Below, one piece after another: positions 38,088-49,107 of a stretch of DNA of 64,000 nt. The notes beneath the pieces were generated by a model, which saw only the letters and a program-made list of their open reading frames with translations, was not told where the DNA came from and ran no database searches. The stretch is from Isosphaeraceae bacterium. Its GTDB lineage: Bacteria; Planctomycetota; Planctomycetia; Isosphaerales; Isosphaeraceae. Both the position numbers and the translations under genes were made by a program. Each line of letters opens with the position of its first letter. Positions within the stretch are counted from its first letter, which is position 1. Where the stretch lies: contig CBDAVP010000008.1 in the NCBI GenBank assembly GCA_965201075.1, positions 1 to 64,000 on the forward strand, given 5' to 3'.

Positions 38088-38876
38088 ATGCCCAAGCTCA
38101 AGGGTCGCCGGGTCCCCATCTCCGGGCCACGCCGGTTCATCATCGACCTGGTGCACTTCGCCCACCAGATCCCCTCGGTCCCGGTGAGCCGGCCGATGGA
38201 CCTGAGCCCCCTGCTCGACGCCCGCCGCGACCACCCGTCGCGGCCCTCGTGGGTGGTTCTGTTCATGAAGGCCTACGCTCTGGTCGCCGCCGAGAATCCG
38301 CCCCTGCGCCGGGCCTTGCTCTCGTTCCCCTGGACCCGCCTGTACGAACACCCCCAGACCGCCTGCGCCCTGGCGATGGAGCGTGTCTACAACGGCGAGG
38401 AGGGGATCTTCGTCGGCCTGTTCCGCGCTCCCGAATTCCAGACGCTCCGTCAGCTTCAAGAGGCCCTGGCCTGGTACAAGGCCGAGCCCCTCCAGCGGGT
38501 CGGCTTCTTCCGCCAGGCCCTGCGCATCAGCAAGGCCCCCACGGCCATCCGCCGCTTCCTCTGGTGGAGTACCCTTCAGGTCTCGGGCTTGAAGCGGGCC
38601 AAGCGGTTCGGGACCTTCGGACTGTCCACCTATGGGGCCTTGGGCGCCGAGCAGGTCCATCCGCTCTCCCCCTTGACGACCACCCTGACCTTCGGCCCGA
38701 TCGACGCCGACGGCCGGGTCGTCGTCAAGCTGATCTACGACCACCGAGTTCTCGACGGAGCCTATGTCGCCCGCCGTCTGCGCGACATCGAGGCCACTCT
38801 CCACGGAGCGATCCTCGACGAACTCCTCCGAGAAGGCTCGTCCGCCCCCCGATCCATCCCCTTCACGGCCGCCTGA
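38088..38876 (+). CDS. Stand-alone CoA-dependent acyltransferase (2-oxo-acid dehydrogenase E2 catalytic-domain-like)
   Basis: FGTFGLS and YDHRVLDG motifs; no lipoyl domain. Confidence 0.7.
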   Translation: MPKLKGRRVPISGPRRFIIDLVHFAHQIPSVPVSRPMDLSPLLDARRDHPSRPSWVVLFMKAYALVAAENPPLRRALLSFPWTRLYEHPQTACALAMERVYNGEEGIFVGLFRAPEFQTLRQLQEALAWYKAEPLQRVGFFRQALRISKAPTAIRRFLWWSTLQVSGLKRAKRFGTFGLSTYGALGAEQVHPLSPLTTTLTFGPIDADGRVVVKLIYDHRVLDGAYVARRLRDIEATLHGAILDELLREGSSAPRSIPFTAA

Positions 38877-38936
38877 ACATTCCGTCCCCACGGCGAACAC
38901 CCGCCGCGACGTTCGCGACGGGCGTCGGCCCGTGGC

Positions 38937-39833
38937 TCATCCATTCGAGTCGGTGCTGGCTTCCTGATCGCTGGTGACCCGGACCTCCATCCGGCTCATC
39001 AGCTTCTTCAACTCCGTCTCCTTGTGGTTGATGAACAGGACCGTGTCCAGCACGATCGCCCTGCGCTCATTCGCCACGTGCAGGACGAGTCGCCCCGCGC
39101 GGCCGAGCACATACTCCAGAATGTCCGGAATCTCCTTGTCGAATTTCAGGTTGAAGGTTGGGTAACGCTCTAGGTCGCTGAACGGCCCGTGATTGTGCAG
39201 GATCTCGTTGGGCAGGATCACCCAGTAGTCGAGGAATCGGGTCACGTAGATCAGGATGAACGTCCCCAGGATGATCAGCCCGAAGAGGATGTAGAACTGG
39301 GCGTTGGCGACCGCGTAGATCCCCTCCAGCAGGTTGATGAGCGCGGGGACAAGCTCGAAATGCTCGTTCAGGAGTAACATCGCCAGGGTCAGGGTAATCA
39401 ACCCGAGCAGGATGCCGAACACGGTGAACCTGGGGAAGTCGATGGCCATGATGATCATGTTCGTCAGGAACGTGACCAGGAAGATGATGGCCAGGATGTT
39501 CTGGGTCGTGTTGAACCGTCGGACGATCACCGACTGAGCCTCGTCGGGAGTCTTGGGCTTCTCAAGGTCGGCCTTGCTCATCCCCGCGTCGGCGTTGACC
39601 GAAGCCGGCAGCGGCGGGACGCTCTGGCTGGCGTGCATCAGTCGGTGATGTTCGTTGCGCGGGTCTTGCGTCCGGTCGTCGATGACGATCATGCAGAAGC
39701 CGCAGAAGAAGCTCACCAGCAGCGTGGGCCAGATGAAGATGATCTTCGGGTAGGTGAAGATCTTGACCCCCTTGGTGTTGGGCGTGGGCAGGGCCCCGGT
39801 CGTCGGGGGGGCGGCTTTGGGGTCGGTGGACAT
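38937..39833 (-). CDS. Hypothetical membrane protein
   Basis: Four TM segments, conserved-looking C-terminal domain, strong GC3 codon bias. Confidence 0.75.
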   Translation of the reverse strand: MSTDPKAAPPTTGALPTPNTKGVKIFTYPKIIFIWPTLLVSFFCGFCMIVIDDRTQDPRNEHHRLMHASQSVPPLPASVNADAGMSKADLEKPKTPDEAQSVIVRRFNTTQNILAIIFLVTFLTNMIIMAIDFPRFTVFGILLGLITLTLAMLLLNEHFELVPALINLLEGIYAVANAQFYILFGLIILGTFILIYVTRFLDYWVILPNEILHNHGPFSDLERYPTFNLKFDKEIPDILEYVLGRAGRLVLHVANERRAIVLDTVLFINHKETELKKLMSRMEVRVTSDQEASTDSNG

Positions 39834-40161
39834 CGCGGCGTCTCTCCTGGTCCGGCTGGCTGGCAAGGCGAACAAGGCGCGGGGGGTCAATGGGGCTCGA
39901 CTATGGCCGGCCCGGCATGGTCGGCATCGTATCGCCCGGTCCCGCCTCGGTAAAGTCCCCGAGGGCACGGACATCCGACCGTCTCCCGGGTCTTTCGTCG
40001 GTCACGCCCGATCCTTGGAGTCCACCCAGACCCCGTAACCGACGAACCGACCCAAACATTCTCATCTTCTCGCAAACCCTTTTCTTGCCTTCTGGACATT
40101 TGGTCAGTAACATGAAGCGGGAGGGGGCAAGTTGGGCCCCCGATTCAGGGAGGTCACCGCG

Positions 40162-41127
40162 ATGGTCGCCGAGGCGTCGTCGGTCGAGAGCTTGACCCCG
40201 CGACCCCCATACCTTGGGGGCCGGACCCTCGTCGCCGTGTCCCGAAAAGGCCCTCTCTTGCGCCCCTCAAGAGCCGCCTTGCCCACTCTGGGGACGTTTG
40301 GGCTCGACCTGACGGCCGGTTGCGGGCTCGATTGCCCCACCTGCTACATCCGAGGGCTTCCCACCTATCCTGGGGACGGCCGGGTCCTGTTCGACCCCGA
40401 GACGGCTGATCGTCTCGTGGAAACTCTGGAATCTCTGGAACGCCCGCCGGGTCTAGTTGTTTTGAGCCCTCACGGCGACCCCCTCCCCGAGCACCGGGCC
40501 ATCCGGGAAGAGGCTACGCGGGTCGTCCGCGTTCTTCTCGACCGCGGCATCGGCGTCGCGATTTTGACGCGGGGATGGATCTCACGGTCTTTGGTCGCGG
40601 ACCTGTCCGAGCACCCTGACCTGGCCCGCGTGGACGTCGCCTTGACGACCCTGACGAAATCCCTCTCAAGAGTCATGGAGCCGCGCGCTTCGCCGCCGGC
40701 CGCGCGGCTCCGGGCCCTTTCAAGGTTGACGGCCGCCGGGGTTGTCGCTGAAGTTCGCCTGGAACCCTTGATTCCCGGCCTGACCGATACCGCCACGAAC
40801 CTCAAGCCCCTCTTCGCCGGCCTGGCCCGCGCCGGAGTCGGTCGGGTCGTCGCCCATTACCTCTTTCAACACCCGGCGATGATCGAACCCACGGCCGAGG
40901 CCCTGGCCCCCCTCGGGATGGCCCAGCGGCTCGCCGACACCTTCCAGGGGGGGCCCGTCTTTCCCTTGGGCAACCTCAAGCCACTCAAGCATTTGCCTCT
41001 GGAAGCACGCCGCGAGGGGTTCGCCCGACTGGCCGCCTGGGGGGCCGAGGCTGGCCTGGTCGTCGAGACCGGCGCGGCCCAGAATCCCGACATGCCCCGC
41101 GAGCGTAGAGGACTCTCCGCGTCGTGA
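40162..41127 (+). CDS. Radical SAM protein (spore photoproduct lyase-like / Rv2578c-like)
   Basis: GCGLDCPTCY (CxxxCxxC), ILTRG, EPRASPP..RL, PLIPGLTD; GGAGG RBS. Confidence 0.8.
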   Translation: MVAEASSVESLTPRPPYLGGRTLVAVSRKGPLLRPSRAALPTLGTFGLDLTAGCGLDCPTCYIRGLPTYPGDGRVLFDPETADRLVETLESLERPPGLVVLSPHGDPLPEHRAIREEATRVVRVLLDRGIGVAILTRGWISRSLVADLSEHPDLARVDVALTTLTKSLSRVMEPRASPPAARLRALSRLTAAGVVAEVRLEPLIPGLTDTATNLKPLFAGLARAGVGRVVAHYLFQHPAMIEPTAEALAPLGMAQRLADTFQGGPVFPLGNLKPLKHLPLEARREGFARLAAWGAEAGLVVETGAAQNPDMPRERRGLSAS

Positions 41128-41182
41128 GAACCACTGCGATCAGGTAGACTGGACCTCGGGACACCACCGAGGGCGACGACCG

Positions 41183-43139
41183 ATGGGGATCATCCACAAG
41201 CTACCGGCCTCGGTCATCAACCAGATCGCCGCGGGCGAGGTGGTCGAGCGCCCTTCCAGCGTCGTCAAGGAACTTTTGGAAAACGCCGTCGACGCCGGCG
41301 CCACCCGGATCGAGGTCTCGGTCGAGCGCGGGGGAAAAGATCTGATCCGCGTGGCCGACGACGGCAAGGGGATGGATCGCGAGGATTTACCGCTAGCCTT
41401 CCTGCCGCACGCGACCAGCAAACTGGCCGAGGCCGCCGACCTGTTCCGCATCGCCACCCTGGGATTCCGAGGCGAGGCCCTGGCCGCCATCGCCGAGATT
41501 TCCCGGGTCCGCTGCCAGACCCGCGCCATCGACGACCCCGCTGGCTCGGAGTTGAACATCGAAGGGGGCGTCGCCTCACCCGTCCGTGACTGCGGGGGGC
41601 CGGTTGGGACCGTCATCGAGGTGCGCAACCTCTTTTACAACACCCCCGTGCGCCGAACGTTCCTGAAATCCGACTCGACCGAGGCTGGCCACGTCGCCGA
41701 GGCGTTCACCCGGGTCGCCCTGGCCCACCCGACCGTCCACATGACGTTTCGCTCTGGCGGCAAGGTGCTGCACGACCTCCCCTCGGTCACTGGCCTGAAA
41801 GAACGCGTCGGCGTCTTTTTCGGCCAGGAGTTGGCCGAGAACCTCCTCTGGGTGGAAAGCCGGATCGACCAGACCCACATCTGGGGCTACGCCGCCCACC
41901 CTTCGCAGAGTCGATCGAGCGCCAAAGGGCAATTCCTGTTCGTCGGCGGCCGGTTCGTCCGGGACCGATCGCTGGGCCACGCGCTGGCCGAGGCGTATCG
42001 GGGGCTCCTGATGGTCGGCCGACTCCCGGTAGCTTTCCTTTACCTGGACATCCCGGCCGAGGACGTTGACGTCAATGTCCACCCCACCAAGGTCGAGGTC
42101 CGCTTTCGGGACGGCCACCGGGTCTACAGCCAGTTGCTCGCCACGGTGCGGCAGACCTTCCTCGCCTCCGACCTCCATTCCCGCCTCCAGGTTCCCCGAG
42201 AGACCGAGACTCTCACCCCCGCCGCCGCCACCGGGCCTCCGCCGGACTTCGAGTTGACCGCCGCCGACGCCGCCCGCCAGTCGGTTGCCGGTTGGTTCCC
42301 GACGCCGGCGGCCCCCGCCTCTGGGTTCCAGCAGTTTCCCCGTCCCGGTTACGCCGGAGGGCCCGCAATCCCCGAGGTCCCCGCCTATCCCGAGCCCGGA
42401 CACTCTCGGCCCCTGCCGCCAAGCCTGCCGACCGTCCCCGCCGACCGTTTTGACGAGTTTCAGACCGACACCTTCGACCGCTCGACCGCGCTGACGGAAG
42501 TCCCGAGCAAGCCGAACCCCGCGACTTCCGCCCTGCCCGATTCGATTCTCGGGGAAGCCGCCGACCCTCCCCCCCAAAGCCATCCAGCTTCACGACAGTT
42601 ACCTTGTCGTTGAGAGCCGGGAGGGGATGGTCGTCATCGATCAGCACGCCCTGCACGAGCGCATTCTTTACGAGGAGCTGAAATCGCGGGTCGAGGCTGG
42701 CGGCGTCGAGTCCCAACGGTTGCTCGTGCCCGACCCGGTCGACCTTTCAGCCGTCGAGGCGGCGGAAATCCTCCAGCACCGCGAGGTTCTGGCCAAACTG
42801 GGCCTGGGGGTCGAGCCGTTCGGGGGCGACACGGTCCTGGTCACGGGCCTCCCGGCGATGCTGGCCGCGGTCCCCGCCGACCGACTCTTGCGAGACCTGG
42901 CCGAACACTTTCGCGCCCGACCGATCCCGCCCACCGCCGATGCCTTGCTCGAAGACGTCCTCAACATGGTTGCCTGCAAAGCGGCGGTGAAGGCCAACCA
43001 GCGGTTGACCCCCGAAGAGATTGCCGCCTTGCTGGCCCGCCGCCACCTCGCGGCCAACACCCACCACTGTCCTCACGGACGGCCGACCGCCCTGACCTTC
43101 ACCAAGGCCGAACTCGAACGGCAGTTCGGCCGGATCTGA
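41183..43139 (+). CDS. mutL: DNA mismatch repair protein MutL, frameshifted at the C7 run 42569-42575
   Basis: IAAGEVVERP, ENAVDAG, GFRGEAL, DVNVHPTK; the second frame carries KAIQLHDSYL, DQHALHERILYE, ACK and CPHGRP. Confidence 0.92.
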
Positions 43140-43154
43140 GCGAGGCCAGGTCCC

Positions 43155-45162
43155 TCACCAGGCCCGGATCAACGCGTCTTCCAGCGTGGCCTCGACATCG
43201 ATAATCATCGTCAGCCGCATCTGCTCCAAGATCGGCAAGACCTTGGGCCGAGCCTTGCAGAGGCGAAGTTTGCCTCCCACTCGATCCAGTCGCTGGTGAT
43301 AGGCCAGGAACACGCCGACCGCCCGGCTCGACAGGTACGACACCCGTTCCAGGTCGATCACGACCCGTCTCGGCATGCCCAGGTCAAAGAGAATCTGCAA
43401 CTCCGAGCGGATCGGGGCCACGGTGCTCTCGTCGTTGAGGTCCGAGTTCAGAAGGGTTAGGACCAGTGCCTCCTGGAGGATCTGGGCCTGCATGTGGATC
43501 AAAGCCGGGCGGGGCGATCTCGGACACTCTCCGGGTGCGGGCCGGCGCAGGGGCCTCGGGAATCGCCAGGTCGTCCTCCGCCTCGTCCTCCCGATCAACG
43601 TCGGGGACGAACACCGGCTTGGGCGGGGGCTCGGGGGCGGAAGTCATCGGGGCGACGTTGGCGAACTTCGCCAGCCGTTTGTTCACCTCGGCGGCCACGT
43701 CGGTCAGGGGAGGAGCGCCTTGGAACAGCCAGCTCGCGGCCATGTCGTCGACCGTTTCGGGCGGCGGCGGCGGAGGGACGAACGTCCCCGAAGGACTGAC
43801 CGCCGGCGACGGCCGGGGCGCCTCGGCCTGGATGGAGAAGACGAACGCCAGGGGACCCACCTGGAGCCGGTCGCCGTGGTTCGCCTCGACCTCACGGGCG
43901 TTGAGGGTCTGATCGCCCATTCGCGTGCCACCCGCCCAGCCGAGGTCACGGACGTAAACCCGTCCCTGGCGACGCTCGATCACCGCGTGCATCGGCCCGA
44001 CCTGTGGGCTCTTGGGCCGTAACTGGCAGGAGGCGTCGCCACCGATGAAGAATCGCTGTCCTTGAATGTCCACCATTTTGCCGTCGGCCTTCCCACCCTG
44101 GACCACCAGGCCAACGCGGGTCGCCGCGGCTGGAATCGCGGTCATCGTGAGGGCCGCCGAGGTCGGGGCGGCCCTTGGGGCCGGGGCCAGTGCCGAAACA
44201 GTCGCGACCGTCGAGGGCGCCGGGGCCTCCAGCAGGGCCGAGGGGTTGCCATCCCCAGGACCGTTCCCGGCCACGCTGGCCATCGGCATGAAATCCAGGG
44301 GAATCTCGTCCATCGCGATCGCGTCGTGGATCGGCTCATCGGCCGGGCCATCGGGCCACTCTCCCATCAGGGCGGTTCGCTCGTCGGGGAGAATTTCCAG
44401 TAGGTTGTGCAGCCCCAGCATCGTGAACATCGACCCGACCTTCGACCCGAGTTTGCAGATCTTGATCCGCCCGCCCCGCTCGGCGCAAAGCTTGTGCACC
44501 GTCATCAGGACATTGGCCACCTGGCTGGACATGTTCTCCAGGTTGCCGAAATTCATCACCAGGCGGCGGCGCCCCGAGTCGATCAGGTCGACCAATTCCT
44601 GCTCGACTTCCTGGATATCGGTGTCCTGAACCAGGGCGTTGTCGACGAACTTGACGACTGTCACCCCGCCGCTTTCGCCCACCCGCAGCCGAGCCCGACC
44701 GCCCACGGTCCCCTCTCGGCTGGTCAGCTTCCCCAGGATCTTCCTCGCCGCCTCGGCCGGCATCGACTCGACCAGCGACTCCATCGTGTCGCTGGGCAAG
44801 ACCTGGCGGCTACGGGCTTCCAGCGTGCTGGCGCACCAGAACTCGACCCGACGGTCCAGATCCTTGGGCGTGGCCATGATCGCGCAAAGGAAGTTCGTCG
44901 GCCCGATCTTGATGCGGTCGCCGTCCTTCAACTCGACGTCGCGCACATATTTGTCGTTGACCGCCGTCCCATTCTCGGTCTTCAGGTCGGTGATCGACAC
45001 CCGACCGCCGAAGAGGTGAATCTTGGCGTGCCGAGGATTGACCATCGGGTGGTCGATCCGGTGGTGACAGTCCGCGTCACGACCGATGATGAATTCATGG
45101 ACGTCAATCGGGATCTGCTGATTGATACGATCCCCGGATTGAATGATGAGCCGAATGTCCAT
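43155..45162 (-). CDS. FHA-STAS-FHA-STAS signalling protein (frame break near 43505; the last STAS may be a separate gene, 43155-43493)
   Basis: IIGRDADC..RHAKI..NGT (FHA); MNFGNLENMSS (STAS); degenerate second FHA; IDLERVSYLSS (STAS) in the next frame. Confidence 0.75.
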
Positions 45163-45461
45163 CGAGCACCTCCCTGGTGAGCCGCGTCGCTCCGATCAAC
45201 GATGACACCTGGCGGGAATCCTTGGGCGGATGGAGGCTTGTCGCGATTGTCGGCATTATCCTCCAGTGCGATCCCGATCGACAAGTACAGGTTGGTGACA
45301 GGGCGGTGGGTTTCTCGGGTCGCACACGGGACTTTCGCGAGATGTTCACGGAAATCGACGGCATCCCAGGGGTTGGGCTCGTTGGGGCGGTGGGTTAAGA
45401 TGAAAGGCGACGCGGCCTGGGGACGGGCCCGAACTCTTCCCTTTCGCACGGAACTCGCGGC

Positions 45462-46958
45462 GTGGCATTGATCTGCATGACCCTGGGTCGGGGCCGACAC
45501 AAGGCCCTTTTGGAAGAGTGGAAGGACGCGGCCGAGGCCGGGGCCCAACTGGTGGAGTTGCGCCTCGACTGCTTGCGCAGCGAGCCCCGGCTCAATCACC
45601 TCCTCGCCCAACGCCCCACGCCGGTGCTGGTAACGATTCGCCGCCCCGCCGACGGCGGGCTGTGGAAAGGGGACGAGGAGAAACGCCTCCGACTGCTTCG
45701 CGAGGCGATCCTAGCGGAAGTTGATTACGTCGACCTGGAAGACGACATTGCGTCCAAAATCCCTCGGTTCGGCAAAACCAAAAGGGTCGTCAGCCACCAC
45801 GACCTGAAGGCGGTCCCGGCCGACCTCGACGGACTGGCTCGGAAGATGCGCGAGGCGAATGCCGACGTCGTCAAGATCGCCGCGGTGGCCAAAACCTTGC
45901 CCGACGCCATGAGGCTCCTCAAACTCGTCGCCGAGACCCCCGAGCCCACCATTGGGATCGCGATGGGTCCGCTGGGAGTCTTCACCCGTATCCTCGGCGC
46001 CCGCTTTGGCTCCCCCTTCACTTACGCCGGGTTCAACCCCGAGCGGACCTTCGCCCCCGGTATGCCGCTGTTCTCCGACCTGAAACGCGATTACGCCTAC
46101 GAACAGATTGACCGAGAGTCCGACATCTACGCCGTCCTGGGCGACCCGATCGCCCAGAGCCTCAGCCCTGCGGTCCACAACGCGGCGTTTCGCCACCTGG
46201 GTCTGAACAAGGTATACGTGCCGATCCTGGTGCCCAAGGGCACGATCGGCCCGTCCCTGGAGGCGCTGAACTGGCTCGGGCTGAAGGGTTATAGCGTCAC
46301 GATCCCCCACAAGGAGACAGTCATCCCGTTTCTGACCAAGGCCGATGGCGCGGTCGAGCGGATGAAGGCGTGCAACACGATCCTGTGCGAGGACGGTCAG
46401 CGGATCGGCCACAACACCGACTACCGAGCGGCGATGAACGCGCTGGAGGAGGCTCTGGGAGGCCGTTCCGAGGAAGGCGCAAGCCCTTTGCTGGACAAGG
46501 TCGTCCTGATCCTGGGGGCCGGCGGCGCCGCCCGGACGATCGCCGCCGGCGCGGCCCGTCGGGGGGCTGACGTGGCTCTTTGCAATCACCGGGACGAACG
46601 GGCCTCGGCCTTGGCAGTCGAGATCGGTTGCCGCAGTGTCAGTTGGTCGCAACGGGCCAGCACCCTCTGCGACATCCTGGTCAATTGCACGCCGGTCGGC
46701 ATGCACCCCGACGTCGACGCGACCCCCGTCCCCCCCGCGGCCTTCCGCGCCGGGATGATCGTCTTCGACACGGTGTATCACCCCGAAAACACGATGCTGT
46801 TGAAGATGGCCCGAGAGCGCGATTGCCGGACGATCACCGGCGTCGACATGTTCGTCGGCCAGGCCGCCGAGCAGTTCCACTACTTCACTGGCCAGATGGC
46901 TCCCGAGGATGTGATGCGGGCCGTAGTGAAGCGAAAGCTCGGGGCGTTGCGGGAATGA
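45462..46958 (+). CDS. aroE: Bifunctional type I 3-dehydroquinate dehydratase / shikimate dehydrogenase
   Basis: VELRLD, VVSHHD, VVKIA, IAMG (AroD part); SLSPAVHN, SVTIPHK, NTD, GAGGAA, VNCTPVGM (AroE part). Confidence 0.92.
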   Translation: MALICMTLGRGRHKALLEEWKDAAEAGAQLVELRLDCLRSEPRLNHLLAQRPTPVLVTIRRPADGGLWKGDEEKRLRLLREAILAEVDYVDLEDDIASKIPRFGKTKRVVSHHDLKAVPADLDGLARKMREANADVVKIAAVAKTLPDAMRLLKLVAETPEPTIGIAMGPLGVFTRILGARFGSPFTYAGFNPERTFAPGMPLFSDLKRDYAYEQIDRESDIYAVLGDPIAQSLSPAVHNAAFRHLGLNKVYVPILVPKGTIGPSLEALNWLGLKGYSVTIPHKETVIPFLTKADGAVERMKACNTILCEDGQRIGHNTDYRAAMNALEEALGGRSEEGASPLLDKVVLILGAGGAARTIAAGAARRGADVALCNHRDERASALAVEIGCRSVSWSQRASTLCDILVNCTPVGMHPDVDATPVPPAAFRAGMIVFDTVYHPENTMLLKMARERDCRTITGVDMFVGQAAEQFHYFTGQMAPEDVMRAVVKRKLGALRE

Positions 46959-47537
46959 GCCCGATCGGCCCCGGGATCGCCCTGGTTGGCTACCGGGGGT
47001 CCGGCAAGACCACCGTCGGCCGTCTCCTGGCCGAACGCCTGGCCTGGCCGTTTCACGACACCGACCGCGAGTTGGAATCGCGCCTCGGGCGATCCATCCG
47101 CGCGATCTTCGAAGAGGATGGCGAGACCGCCTTCCGCGACTTCGAGGAGGCCACGCTCCGGGCCCTCTGCCAGTCGCGATCCCCGAGCGTCCTGGCCACC
47201 GGCGGAGGCGCCGTCCTTCGAGAGCGCAACCGAAGGGCCCTCCGGTCGTTCGGCTTTGTCGCCTGGCTCCGCCCCGAGCCCGCCGAGATCGCCGACCGCC
47301 TCCGACGCTCACCCGGAGATCGTCCTGCGTTAACATCCGCCGGCCTTCTGGAGGAGATTGAGGCCGTTCTCCACGGCCGCTTGCCGCTGTATCAGGAAGT
47401 CGCTCACGCGACCATCGAAACCTCGGGCCTCTCCCCCTCGATGGTCGCCGAGGCCGTGGCCCGGGAATCGTCAAGGTTCCGCGGCCAAGCGGTTGTCGCC
47501 GGGCCGTTCCCGGGCAGGAGAGGGAGGGACCCTCTGA
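46955..47537 (+). CDS. aroK: Shikimate kinase (3' end approximate)
   Basis: GYRGSGKTTVG, DTD, GETAFRDFE, ATGGG, RPAL; no in-frame stop before the next gene, but a TGATG junction at 47535-47539. Confidence 0.88.
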
Positions 47538-48470
47538 TGTACTGGGAATTGCACGCGATCCTGATCGCCCTGACCTTCGTGACCGGCACGGTCGTCGGCA
47601 GTTTCCTCAACGTCTGCATCTACCGCATCCCCTGGCAAAAGAGCGTCATCTGGCCCGAGTCGCGCTGCCCCCGCTGCGTGGCCGCGATCCTGCCCAGAGA
47701 CAACATCCCCGATCGTCGGCTGGCTGATGCTGGGCGGGGCCTGCCGCAACTGCCGCTTGCCAATCTCGCCGAGATATCCCGCGATCGAGTTCCTGGTCGG
47801 TCTGCTCTTCGTCGGTGTCTACCTTTTGGACGTCGCCGCCGCCCCTCGTGCCCTGATCGGCCCCGACCCCGCCTCCCTGGGGATTCGCGCGGTCTACCAC
47901 CTGATCCTGGTCAGCTTGCTGGTGGTCGCGACGTTCATCGACTTCGACCTGTTCATCATCCCCGACGAGGTGACGATTCCCGGCATGCTGCTGGGTCTGG
48001 GCCTTCCTCTGCTGGCCCCCGGTGTCCGGCCCGACCCGTCCTGGGCGGTGAACGCGTGGGACGCCCTGAAAATCGGCCTGGTCGGCTGGGCCGTCGGCGG
48101 CGGGCTCATCTGGGCGATTCGGATTTTCGGCCGGATCGTGTTCCGGCGGGAGGCGATGGGTTTCGGCGACGTGACCCTTATGGCCGCCATCGGCGGGTTC
48201 CTCGGCTGGCAGGCCGCAGTCCTGATCCCTTTCCTGGCCGCGCTCCTGGCTCTGGCCCACGCCCTCTGGAAGCTGGTAATCCTGGTCGGCAAGTGGCTCC
48301 GAGGCCGGTCGATCTCGGGGTCCGACCGCGAGATCCCCTTCGGCCCCTACCTCAGCCTGGCGACGCTAATCTTGCTGTATTTCTGGCCCCGGTTCTGGCC
48401 CGGCTGGGCGCGGCGGTTCTTCGCCGATCTGATCTCGGCAGCCTGGTTCCTGCTCGGCCTTGACGGTTAG
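47537..48470 (+). CDS. Prepilin peptidase (A24A), frameshifted at CCCC 47707-47710
   Basis: GSFLNVCIYRIP, SRCPRC, DNIP then (next frame) IVGWL..GACRNC, ISPRYP, MGFGD, IPFGPYL; GGAGGG RBS. Confidence 0.88.
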
Positions 48471-48525
48471 ACTGGGCGGCGTCCCTCCCGTCCCGCGCCC
48501 AAGTCTTGCCATCGAGGTCCGTGCC

Positions 48526-48912
48526 ATGCCCTCCCCCTACAAGCGTCGGCGGCCGGCCCTTTTGCGGAACCTCTGGGTTTATCGCTACGTCATCGCGTCG
48601 GCGTTCCTGTTCGGGGTGATTCTCTGGTTCATCCTGATCAACAACACACCGGTTTCGGTCACGTTCCCGTTTCGGATGGGCATCATCCAAAGCACCGCGG
48701 GCTTGTTGATCCTGCTCAGCGCGATGGCCGGGGCCCTGGCCACGGGACTTCTCACCGGCCTGGGCCTGGCGTTCCGACGTTGGCGAGGCCCCGGCTCCCG
48801 GAGGGCGGACGACCCAGAGGGCGACGCGGCCATCCCCCAGGAGCGTCCGCCAACCGACTACGCCTCCCGGACCACCGAGGGATTTTCCGAGGCCCCGTGG
48901 TCGGGCCGTTAG
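48526..48912 (+). CDS. LapA-like (DUF1049-like) small membrane protein
   Basis: Two TM helices around FILINNTPVSVTFPF. Confidence 0.6.
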   Translation: MPSPYKRRRPALLRNLWVYRYVIASAFLFGVILWFILINNTPVSVTFPFRMGIIQSTAGLLILLSAMAGALATGLLTGLGLAFRRWRGPGSRRADDPEGDAAIPQERPPTDYASRTTEGFSEAPWSGR

Positions 48913-49107
48913 GATCGGCAAGTCCGTTGTGACCGGCTCGGCGGAGGCAGAATCTATCCAGAATGCGCGGTCCGCGATCGGCCGCGTTCCGAAGAGAGAA
49001 AGCGAGGGTTCCTCCGGCCCTCGGCGTCGTCCCGTCTCATCTTCCTCGTGAACGCACGCCCGCGATCGACCCGAGTCACGGAGGGGAATCCAGGGGACTG
49101 ACCGGCC

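Noticed and set aside
46580..48463. Shikimate kinase-prepilin peptidase fusion (627-aa ORF)
   Set aside because: A strong RBS and a TGATG junction at 47535-47539 indicate two genes; nearby indels explain the read-through.
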